From Desulfotalea psychrophila LSv54 (GTDB taxonomy: Bacteria; Desulfobacterota; Desulfobulbia; Desulfobulbales; Desulfocapsaceae), in contig NC_006138.1 of the NCBI RefSeq assembly GCF_000025945.1, forward strand, positions 540,001 through 572,000: a stretch of DNA of 32,000 nucleotides, read 5' to 3'. A program made the translations under genes and the position numbers. The notes beneath the pieces were generated by a model. The model worked only from the letters and a program-made list of their open reading frames with translations, made no database searches and was not told the origin of the DNA. Shown piece by piece: positions 18,901-24,384 of the stretch (position 1 is its first letter; each line of letters begins with the position of its first letter).

Positions 18901-20219
18901 TTTACAGTATGTGCTGTTACCGTTCCATCGGGGTTGGTTACATTAAGAACATCATCTATTAATGCACCAGCAGGTGCTGTAACAGTTACATCAACCTTAC
19001 CGTCAATCTCGGTATTGCTAATAGTTCCGTCAGTATCACGATCTTCGCTAATAACAACCGTTGGCGCTACGGTGGCTGTTGTATCACCCATAGTAGCTGT
19101 ACCACTACCAGGAACTGAAATATTCCCAGCCTGATCAGTAAGGGTCGCACTTACGGTTATGCCATCACCATCCGCTGGTCGGTCGTATTCAAGTTTCAGT
19201 CCGTTATCAATAATATCCTGGTTTACAGTATATGCTGTTACCGTTCCATCGGGGTTGGTTACGTTAAGAATATCATCTACTAATGCACCAGCAGGTGCTG
19301 TAACAGTTACATCAACCTTACCGTCAATCTCGGTATTACTAATAGTTCCGTCAGTATCACGATCTTCGCTAATAACAACCGTTGGCGCTACGGTGGCTGT
19401 TGTATCACCCATAGTAGCTGTACCGCTACCAGAACCAGAGATATTGTCCGCCTGGTCGGTAAGGGTAGCACTTACAGTAATCGCCGTACCGTCAGCAGGA
19501 CGATCGTATTCAAGACTCAGACCGTTATCAAGAATATCCTGGGTAATGGGGTAGTCCGTAATAATTCCATCGGAATTAGTTATATTAAGAACATCGCCAA
19601 TAACGGTTCCGACAGGGGTATTTACCAGGACACCAACTGTACCGTCAATTTCAGTATTAGAAATCGTACCGTCATCATTAATATCTTCGGTAATTTCAAC
19701 TTTTGGAGCTGCGGTAGCTGTCTCATCATCCACATCCCCCACATCATCATAAAACTGGTCAGACACATCTGGGACTTGGCCATCATTCTCGGTGCCGAGG
19801 AGGTAGGTGCCGACGTCGCCTTTGCTGGCGTCACCGGCGTAATAGTCACTGTCGATGAAATCGTATGAACCACCCGAACCTTCTGTACCGGCGGCGGTCT
19901 TTTCCAGAACATCATCGATGCTCTTGCCTTCCGCAAGGGCCTGAACAATCGCATCCTGCAGGGCGCTCTGCTCGTCGCTGACGGCATCACTGGGGTCAAT
20001 CGCAGCAAGGACAGACTCATCGAGAAGGAGCTGCTCGTTGCCGGCCAGGTTAATCAGGTTTCCGTCTTCCTGGATAATTGAGAGGCTGGCTCCGTCTGCA
20101 GTTATGATGGTATCATTCTCATAAACAAAATCACCAACCCGTAATTCACGAACCTCACCCTCTGAGGTACGCGCTGTTACAAGACCTGTGACTGCCTGGA
20201 TTTTGCCTGATAGAGCCAT
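9978..20219 (-). CDS. lapA: Giant RTX-family, type I-secreted, LapA-like repeat adhesin (3413 aa)
   Basis: The N-terminal retention-module-like sequence is MALSGKIQAVTGLVTARTSEGEVRELRVGDFVYENDTIITADGASLSII, followed by TAAG at residues 108-111. Then come 4 x 107-aa and 14 x 110-aa tandem Ig-like repeats. A PA14-like module (GGLHSEYYG...HDDGFDLRIDGVSVF) lies at about nt 12880-13480. A cadherin-like module is present (DNDSDIDGEIDVSKIVITDPPDHGTVT...TFTYTVDD). A vWA domain with a MIDAS motif (IIVLDKSGSMD) lies at about nt 11640-12165. RTX nonapeptides (GEEGNDYLLGSDSSEYLDGGEGRDTIDAGEGDDTIVFD...GGGGFDTLLI) lie at about nt 10325-10500, followed by a C-terminal T1SS signal region. The protein is very acidic and nearly Cys-free. 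Confidence 0.95.
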   Translation of the reverse strand: MALSGKIQAVTGLVTARTSEGEVRELRVGDFVYENDTIITADGASLSIIQEDGNLINLAGNEQLLLDESVLAAIDPSDAVSDEQSALQDAIVQALAEGKSIDDVLEKTAAGTEGSGGSYDFIDSDYYAGDASKGDVGTYLLGTENDGQVPDVSDQFYDDVGDVDDETATAAPKVEITEDINDDGTISNTEIDGTVGVLVNTPVGTVIGDVLNITNSDGIITDYPITQDILDNGLSLEYDRPADGTAITVSATLTDQADNISGSGSGTATMGDTTATVAPTVVISEDRDTDGTISNTEIDGKVDVTVTAPAGALVDDILNVTNPDGTVTAYTVNQDIIDNGLKLEYDRPADGDGITVSATLTDQAGNISVPGSGTATMGDTTATVAPTVVISEDRDTDGTISNTEIDGKVDVTVTAPAGALIDDVLNVTNPDGTVTAHTVNQDILDNGLKLEYDRPADGDGITVSATLTDQAGNTSGSGSGTATMGDTTATVAPTVVISEDRDTDGTISNTEIDGKVDVTVTAPAGALVDDVLNVTNPDGTVTAHPVTQDIIDSGLKLEYDRPADGDGITVSATLTDQAGNISVSGSGTATMGDTTAPTVSIDNPIEVDNVADDTEDDDVSISGTTIGVEDGQNVTVSLVDNSDSANPVTVVLGTAAVTGNTWTLADHNLSIYADHSDYTITADVSDAAGNAATQAVQTLELSDTTVPTVSIAAPIEGDNIADDTEDDDVSISGTTIGVEDGQNVTVSLVDNSDSANPVTVVLGTAAVTGNTWTLADHNLSIYADHSDYTITADVSDAAGNAATQAVQALELSDTTVPTVSINTPIEGDNIADDTEDDDVSISGTTIGVEDGQNVTVSLVDNSDSANPVTVVLGTAAVTGNTWTLADHNLSIYADHSDYTITADVSDAAGNAATQAVQTLELSDTTVPTVSIAAPIEGDNIADDTEDDDVSISGTTIGVEDGQNVTVSLVDNSDSANPVTVVLGTAAVTGNTWTLADHNLSIYADHSDYTITADVSDAAGNAATQAVQALELSDTTVPTVSINTPIEGDNIADDTEDDDVSISGTTIGVEDGQNVTVSLVDNSDSANPVTVVLGTAAVTGNTWTLADHNLSIYADHSDYTITADVSDAAGNAATQAVQALELSDTTVPTVSINTPIEGDNIADDTEDDDVSISGTTIGVEDGQNVTVSLVDNSDSANPVTVVLGTAAVTGNTWTLADHNLSIYADHSDYTITADVSDAAGNAATQAVQTLELSDTTVPTVSITAPIEGDNIADDTEDDDVSISGTTIGVEDGQNVTVSLVDNSDSANPVTVVLGTAAVTGNTWTLADHNLSIYADHSDYTITADVSDAAGNAATQAVQTLELSDTTVPTVSITAPIEGDNIADDTEDDDVSISGTTIGVEDGQNVTVSLVDNSDSANPVTVVLGTAAVTGNTWTLADHNLSIYADHSDYTITADVSDAAGNVATQAVQALELSDTTVPTVSITAPIEGDNIADDTEDDDVSISGTTIGVEDGQNVTVSLVDNSDSANPVTVVLGTAAVTGNTWTLADHNLSIYADHSDYTITADVSDAAGNAATQAVQALELSDTTVPTVSINTPIEGDNIADDTEDDDVSISGTTIGVEDGQNVTVSLVDNSDSANPVTVVLGTAAVTGNTWTLADHNLSIYADHSDYTITADVSDAAGNAATQAVQALELSDTTVPTVSINTPIEGDNIADDTEDDDVSISGTTIGVEDGQNVTVSLVDNSDSANPVTVVLGTAAVTGNTWTLADHNLSIYADHSDYTITADVSDAAGNAATQAVQALELSDTTVPTVSINTPIEGDNIADDTEDDDVSISGTTIGVEDGQNVTVSLVDNSDSANPVTVVLGTAAVTGNTWTLADHNLSIYADHSDYTITADVSDAAGNAATQAVQALELSDTTVPTVSINTPIEGDNIADDTEDDDVSISGTTIGVEDGQNVTVSLVDNSDSANPVTVVLGTAAVTGNTWTLADHNLSIYADHSDYTITADVSDAAGNVATQAVQALELSDTTVPTVSINTPIEGDNIADDTEDDDVSISGTTTDVENGQFVTVNLVDSSDPLNPTTVFLGTAEVTDNIWILTDQDLNGYDDHGSYTVTADVSDAAGNDATPASEPLELSDTTAPIATITLTPNITADDVINATEANETIAITGRVTGEFTAGDIVTLTINGVESTGGVLAGGRFSINVAGSDLAADSDTTINASFVATDAAGNTATPVTDTEDYNVAPIAIDDPVHVTGGLHSEYYGVDHHIANITDAQRVISGNDADATFISTDINYGYTDRNGDGNYDPHEWVMRGNLTDGIILNENKDAIDDSHLKEFIKGGSKDLVYNEESIKDGSLEDATNGILHMEGMLNITNGGDYTFNVAHDDGFDLRIDGVSVFRYDAITSTKIEEPVTLSLKEGLHDVEIIYWDQGGAYVFDLDLLDSNGKNVWTKDNLSHAETGSIDVRNDSTITLNLTDNDSDIDGEIDVSKIVITDPPDHGTVTRHDDGTVTYEPNEGYHGLDTFTYTVDDTEGATSNVATVTLNVTPSVGSNAIVYEAGLAEATEQSAGTDPSAAIITEGNLLGEDGGRIVSVADKDGSRRENTITVETDHGTITVYTKAADGHSAGDYIYTLTKSSDGDSVVDSISYEVQHGKPHTVESHLDISIIDDAPVGTNISNNIEDSSAASQTINLIIVLDKSGSMDYSLEGTDSTRIEVAKEALSSMFDSYDNLGNVNIQFVPFDSNAEKSEWYIDDKHGANTYLDNIIPDNGGTCYDNALDKTAEGYWAPPAAKTLVYFISDGEPHQYHGALHAKVDWEEFVTDNDIDISFGIGITNSVSLEALAPIAFADGDGDLEPYLTKVLNAFDLKQTLLDTVGEGVAHGDASVLMASGDGGIVLGADGGHIQSILVDGTLHKYVPVTKVTESINTDRGGTIDINYETGEYIYLINPQNTVLGEEEKFVITGVDKDGDSKSVDLVIHLDYVANLDANYDSIITNADEGTSLDIDYDVLLANDSGTGNTSVTSVAAGSGTDLLTTSAGVTLANVADGESFTYEISSGNASDRAKVDVTRTNASKLTGTSGDDVIINTAESVDYTVEAIVRPGNTYYTDNQIGLIFTGKAAISITAVTFDLRAGGNENAIFDLSDHHLKIGEDTAGIDSYNVGFTTENGGSRLTFTFHPDEFTNQDQFWFRADTDHLGENNGEDFGTSGVSITVAFSDGTQTSGIYNTEAGGSSRVILDGQAALSGEEGNDYLLGSDSSEYLDGGEGRDTIDAGEGDDTIVFDAADTRIDGGGGFDTLLISDAVLDFSHLAEGTVQNIERLDLTDPAAQNINLTLDNVLDMTSLTTTTEGEIIHVLELKGGANDTVTVDVENSTGTWVHDGGLFSNGSDSIQVTLSTDSDNALDNIHIIFDDGTSN
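13818..18437 (-). repeat. In-frame tandem array of 14 x 330 nt (110-aa Ig-like extender units): 13 nearly identical plus one divergent C-terminal copy
   Basis: The period is exactly 330 nt; for example, ctcaccgtag recurs at 14131, 14461, 14791 ... 18091. The unit is TVPTVSI(N/T/A)(T/A)PIEGDNIADDTEDDDVSISGTTIGVEDGQNVTVSLVDNSDSANPVTVVLGTAAVTGNTWTLADHNLSIYADHSDYTITADVSDAAGN(A/V)ATQAVQ(A/T)LELSDT. Units at 14478..15467 are identical to each other at every base. Confidence 0.95.
18438..19721 (-). repeat. In-frame tandem array of 4 x ~321 nt (107-aa Ig-like units), more diverged than the 330-nt array
   Basis: The unit is TTATVAPTVVISEDRDTDGTISNTEIDGKVDVTVTAPAGALVDDVLNVTNPDGTVTA.TVNQDI.DNGLKLEYDRPADGDGITVSATLTDQAGN.S.SGSGTATMGD. 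The period of 321 nt also shows up as antisense shadow ORFs at 18496, 18817 and 19159. Confidence 0.9.
19887..19898 (-). other. Predicted LapG protease cleavage motif TAAG (residues 108-111 of the adhesin)
   Basis: The codons acc gcc gcc ggt (reverse strand) encode T108-A109-A110-G111 within VLEKTAAGTEGSGG. This is the same motif, at nearly the same position, as the di-alanine LapG site of Pseudomonas fluorescens LapA. Confidence 0.7.
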
Positions 20220-20441
20220 GATTAACCTCGTTTTTGATGCTTATATTGAAACCCCCTGCCCTTATTTTTGCTCATCTTCATTCTGGATGAAGAGAGGGCA
20301 GAGATATTGGTATTTTTCTATACTTTCCTGAGACATTTTATACTATTTGGCTAGGAATGGCATTGTACCAAGGTACAGTTTATCTCAGGTATCTTGGTAG
20401 ATAATGGCCATTTCCTGGCCAACAACTGCCGAAAAAAGCAG

Positions 20442-22397
20442 TTACACATGCTTAGGCTCACCGAACAGGTAGCCCTGCAGGGCGTCAACATTGAGCTCAA
20501 CTAAGAGATCAACCTGTTCCGCTCGCTCGACACCCTCGGCAATTACTCGGATATCAAGACTGTGCGCCACGCCGCAGAGGGCGCCGATGAAAAATTCACT
20601 ATCGCCATTGTCCGCGTCCAACTCTTTGGTAAAGGCCCGGTCAATCTTTACATATTCGGGACGAAGAGATTTGAGGTAACCAAAATTAGAAAAACTCTGG
20701 CCAAAATGATCAAGCCCTATACCATGACCTAGCTTTTGAATTTTTCGAGCAAAATCCTTCACCACATCAAGATACTGCACAGCTCCAAACTCTGGGAATT
20801 CAAAAATAATATGTATTGATTTGTCCTGTAGTTGACCGAGTTCAGCCAGCACCCAATCAACAAAAGCACTATCATCAAGGGATGAGGGAGAAACATTAAC
20901 GGCAATCGTATGCAGATCTGCCATCTTCTCTTTCTGGGCAAAAACCTTTTCCAATACCACCTTGTCAAGCCTGGAGACGAGTTGTAATCGCTCGGCGAGT
21001 GGAACAAAAACACCCGCACTGACAATTTCACCAGAGTCCATGGCAATGCGTGATAAGAGCTCTTGGTGTTGCACCCTGTTTTGATCCGTACTGTTCATTA
21101 CAGGTTGGCGAAAAAGAATAATTTCACCCCTCTCTAAAACATTCTCCAGGGTCTCTTTCCACCACGATTTTCCCTTGATAAGATCATCGGCCCCTGAAGA
21201 GAGGAAATTGACCAGCCACTTATTCGGTCCCTGCTGCCTGGCGGCCTGCAGAGCATTATCCGCCTCGGCCAAAAGCTTTGGCAGGGTGGGCGTCTCCTCA
21301 TAGACAACCCCTCCTATATGAGCAATATTGTCAGAATGGCTTGCATTTTCCACTGCTAGTCGAGTAACTTTTTGGCTGATTTTTTCAGCAAGGTCATAGA
21401 CTGCGACGGAACTGATCTCGGAGATAAAAATTGCAAAATCACCACCTGTAAGTCTTGCCAGGGCAACATCGTTGAGCATTTTTGTTTCTTGCTTAATGAT
21501 ATCGGCAACCTTTTTCAAGAGCTCATCACCTGCGGCAAAACCATCAAGCTCATTGACCTTCTGCAGATTATCCAACTGAAGCATGAGAAGCGCTCCATGC
21601 ATCGATTCCCCACCCGATTCAAGACGAGCTTCAACCTGACCTGTTATATATCGCCTATTACCAAGTCCCGTCAGCTGATCGCTGTAGGCATTTCGCCGAA
21701 AACGCTCTGCAATCTTTACCTGCCCGGAAAACATCTCCCGCACCTGATTTGTCATCCGATTCATAGATTGCACAACCTGACGCAGTTCCTTGGTTTTCGG
21801 CAGTTTCTCCTGAATACGAAAATCTCTACGACAAATAGCCTCGGCCTGTAGTTCAACACGTTTAAGCGGTTTCAAGAGCAGACGTAAACCAAAACCACCC
21901 AAAAGAAGAACCAGAGATCCGGCCAGCAGAAAATAGAGACTCATCTTTACAGCCGCATCCCACATGGCCCTATAGGCATAACCGGGATGACTTTCCACAT
22001 AGAGCACCCCCGCCTGAGTCCAGCCCGCCATGACCAAAGCCTCTGCACTCGGGGCCTGGATAGGAACAAGGTCAATAAACCACTGGGGTACACCTTCGAG
22101 GGTAATTTTGAGGAGACGCTCAGTAATAACCGCACCCTCCATATCTTTAAAGCTGATAACCCGGTAATAGCCTCCATCAAACACCGCATTCATCATCGTC
22201 TCAACGGTTGGAATATCGCCTTCAGCCACTATCGGCGACAGGGAGAGACTAAGAGATGTGGCCGTATCCTGAGCGTGGGATTCCATCTGAGTGAGCAGGA
22301 ATGAACGGGTACTCTGCAATTTTTCAACCCAGATAGCGGAGAAGAGCAACACAAAAAGAATGAGTGTAAATATAACAAGTTGCCTATAGAGTGTCAT
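20442..22397 (-). CDS. lapD: LapD-like inner-membrane c-di-GMP receptor (periplasmic LapD/MoxY-N domain, HAMP, degenerate GGDEF, degenerate EAL)
   Basis: 651 aa. Two TM segments flank a periplasmic domain carrying GWTQ (W126, nt 22014..22025). The GGDEF site is degenerate (ARLTGGDFAIF, Glu missing). The EAL site reads ELL (HQELLSRI) and DDFGTG is replaced by LDHFGQS, while EGVE is retained (AEGVERAEQ). An SD-like AAGGAC precedes the ATG. Confidence 0.9.
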   Translation of the reverse strand: MTLYRQLVIFTLILFVLLFSAIWVEKLQSTRSFLLTQMESHAQDTATSLSLSLSPIVAEGDIPTVETMMNAVFDGGYYRVISFKDMEGAVITERLLKITLEGVPQWFIDLVPIQAPSAEALVMAGWTQAGVLYVESHPGYAYRAMWDAAVKMSLYFLLAGSLVLLLGGFGLRLLLKPLKRVELQAEAICRRDFRIQEKLPKTKELRQVVQSMNRMTNQVREMFSGQVKIAERFRRNAYSDQLTGLGNRRYITGQVEARLESGGESMHGALLMLQLDNLQKVNELDGFAAGDELLKKVADIIKQETKMLNDVALARLTGGDFAIFISEISSVAVYDLAEKISQKVTRLAVENASHSDNIAHIGGVVYEETPTLPKLLAEADNALQAARQQGPNKWLVNFLSSGADDLIKGKSWWKETLENVLERGEIILFRQPVMNSTDQNRVQHQELLSRIAMDSGEIVSAGVFVPLAERLQLVSRLDKVVLEKVFAQKEKMADLHTIAVNVSPSSLDDSAFVDWVLAELGQLQDKSIHIIFEFPEFGAVQYLDVVKDFARKIQKLGHGIGLDHFGQSFSNFGYLKSLRPEYVKIDRAFTKELDADNGDSEFFIGALCGVAHSLDIRVIAEGVERAEQVDLLVELNVDALQGYLFGEPKHV

Positions 22398-22412
22398 AAT
22401 AAGTCCTTGGGA

Positions 22413-23114
22413 TCAGTTGAGTCCTGCTGGCATTCTCTTGAGAAGATTTTGCCAATTTTTGAGTCTATCACTGCCGCCCACCTTCTTTCCCTGACCACGG
22501 GATTTGGAAAGCCAGAGTCCCGAACCATTAAAACTAAAAACAGGTAAGAGATCCTTTCTCTTTGTCGCCAGCTTAATAGCAGGGATAAGATTATCGAGAA
22601 CCAGAGGTATCGCACCGGGTTTGCCATAATAGGTGACAACCATATGGGCTTGATTAAGACGCAGGGCCTTAACATAGGTAAGGTTAAGCTTTTTTTCTGG
22701 TATGCCGATGGCTTTAAGGGTAAAATATTTTGCCAGAGAAAAATCTTCGCAATCGCCTGCCCCTGAGGCCAGAAATTCGACGGGGGTCGCCCAATAATCT
22801 TTCTTTTTCCAGTGTTTTATATCAGAGACAAACTGTAGTTGATTAAAAAAGGCATTCACCTTTTCCAACTTTTCCCCATCCGCACTGCTTACATCTTCAC
22901 GAATCAGATTCTGCCAGGCAAGAAGTCGTCGCTTAGCCCTTTCACCATATTTTAACTCGGCAGATTCAAGAGTCTTATCGGAAATGGTAAAGAGATTGCT
23001 GCCCTCCACAACCCCTAGAAGAGAGATCAGGAGGATAAATAACACAACTATTCGTCGAAACAAGAACTGATGTTTACAGAAATTTTTCAAAAAAACTACC
23101 TTGCCAAACGACAT
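22413..23114 (-). CDS. lapG: LapG-like periplasmic calcium-dependent cysteine protease (bacterial transglutaminase-like cysteine proteinase, BTLCP/DUF920 family)
   Basis: 233 aa with a signal peptide (RRIVVLFILLISLLGVVEGS). Cys-His-Asp triad candidates lie in GAGDCEDFSLAKY, NQAHMVVTYY and PLVLDNL. The DCED motif matches the Ca-binding/catalytic motif of LapG. It ends 15 nt upstream of lapD. Confidence 0.9.
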   Translation of the reverse strand: MSFGKVVFLKNFCKHQFLFRRIVVLFILLISLLGVVEGSNLFTISDKTLESAELKYGERAKRRLLAWQNLIREDVSSADGEKLEKVNAFFNQLQFVSDIKHWKKKDYWATPVEFLASGAGDCEDFSLAKYFTLKAIGIPEKKLNLTYVKALRLNQAHMVVTYYGKPGAIPLVLDNLIPAIKLATKRKDLLPVFSFNGSGLWLSKSRGQGKKVGGSDRLKNWQNLLKRMPAGLN

Positions 23115-23268
23115 GGATACTCTTGTTTAATATTAAGAAGATAGCAGAGAGGCGAGTTATTGCAACAAAGCCCCGACGAAATAATAGTTTACAATTTTTT
23201 TTATCTTACCACCAGTTGCATCCAGATTTATTGATCTCTTTTACTCAAAAGAGACGAAGGAGATAGCC

Positions 23269-23289
23269 ATCAGCTATCAGCTATCAGCT
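23269..23289. repeat. Three perfect tandem copies of the heptamer ATCAGCT in the lapG upstream region
   Basis: ccATCAGCTATCAGCTATCAGCTtt was read directly. It lies 155-175 nt upstream of the lapG start codon (23114) and about 60 nt downstream of the stop of the 23348..24160 gene. Confidence 0.8.
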
Positions 23290-23347
23290 TTAAGAAAAAA
23301 CTGTAGCAACCAGGGCTGGAAATTATGCAGATGAGTAGCAAATGTCT

Positions 23348-24160
23348 CTATTTCTTGCCAAGACCTGGAAATGGAATGATATTATCTTTCTTTGGTCCCT
23401 TCGCCTGCTCTTCGAGTGAGCCATCATCCATCTGGGCAAACTCCGCCATCTTCTCGTAAACATCTTCAAACCCTGCATGTTCAGCAATAATTTTCAGATA
23501 CCTCTCGCTACGCTTTTTCCCAAAGAACTCCCGTAGCCTTGTCTCAGAGTAAGCGCCAGGCTTACTATATCGATTTACCCAGCTAATCAACATCTCCTCA
23601 TCTGGGAAAAAATGGTGCTTATGCCCCTTACTTCTACGAGGCGTATCATTGGCCTGCTCATCAAAACCAGCTGCCTCTTCCATATTATTAGGAAAATAGC
23701 CAACATGATCCAATTGATTTTCAAAAAGCCACTTGGCATCCCGAAGATGGGCCAGCACACTATTATCACTTCGCTGACAAAAGTAGTACTCACTGTTTTT
23801 TTCAAGAAATTTGTCAAATATTGAGCGCGATAAGAATTCATCACAACCATCAATTCCTTCCGCCAAAAAACCCATGCTATTGAGCAAACGTTCGCAGAAA
23901 AGAGAGAGAAAGCCAGCAACATCACCCTTTTTCAGCCCCGTGAAAAGCATGCAGTAACGAGTCATGATATGCATGGCAAACAACACCTTTCTCCGCTTTA
24001 CCGAAACAACATGCAACTGCCAGGGCGAAATTATCTCATTGCCAGAGCCCAAATCATCAATGGCCTTTTTGGGCGGAGCACTCAAAGGAGATACCTTCTC
24101 TCCCTTGCGGGTAAGGGTAAAAAAATCAGCCGCAGCCTTGGTGCAGTTGAAAATCAACAT
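23348..24160 (-). CDS. Hypothetical protein of unknown function (270 aa from the SD-supported start)
   Basis: The ORF track gives 23348..24208. The internal ATG at 24160 is preceded by AAGGAAGAG (a good SD), giving MLIFNCTKAAADFF... There is no TM segment or signal peptide. The C-terminal tail is acidic and Lys-rich. I recognise no characterised catalytic motif. It is on the same strand as the nuclease-helicase gene, 176 nt downstream of it. Confidence 0.6.
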   Translation of the reverse strand: MLIFNCTKAAADFFTLTRKGEKVSPLSAPPKKAIDDLGSGNEIISPWQLHVVSVKRRKVLFAMHIMTRYCMLFTGLKKGDVAGFLSLFCERLLNSMGFLAEGIDGCDEFLSRSIFDKFLEKNSEYYFCQRSDNSVLAHLRDAKWLFENQLDHVGYFPNNMEEAAGFDEQANDTPRRSKGHKHHFFPDEEMLISWVNRYSKPGAYSETRLREFFGKKRSERYLKIIAEHAGFEDVYEKMAEFAQMDDGSLEEQAKGPKKDNIIPFPGLGKK

Positions 24161-24384
24161 AAACTCTTCCTTATTTTTATGGGGAGGGGCAGATAGCACA
24201 CTCTTCAACTGTTAATGTAACTCTTTTCCCTGGCGGGTTAAACAATCTTTCCCAAGAGAAACTCAGCACCATGCTGATACCCAAATTAGCCATCTAGGCA
24301 AAAAACGATATCAAATACATTTTAGCCCAATACCACCCCACAAAAAAAGAACAGATACAGTTTGTTACAACACCGATCCCTGCA

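Noticed and set aside
18496-19554. Three similar ~105-131-aa ORFs on the + strand (also 13519..13899), e.g. MRVALTV.PSPSAGRSYSSLSPLS...
   Set aside because: They are antisense shadow ORFs of the adhesin repeats. They are periodic because the coding repeats are periodic, their S/V/T/P-rich composition is non-protein-like, and they lie entirely inside a well-supported 3413-aa CDS.
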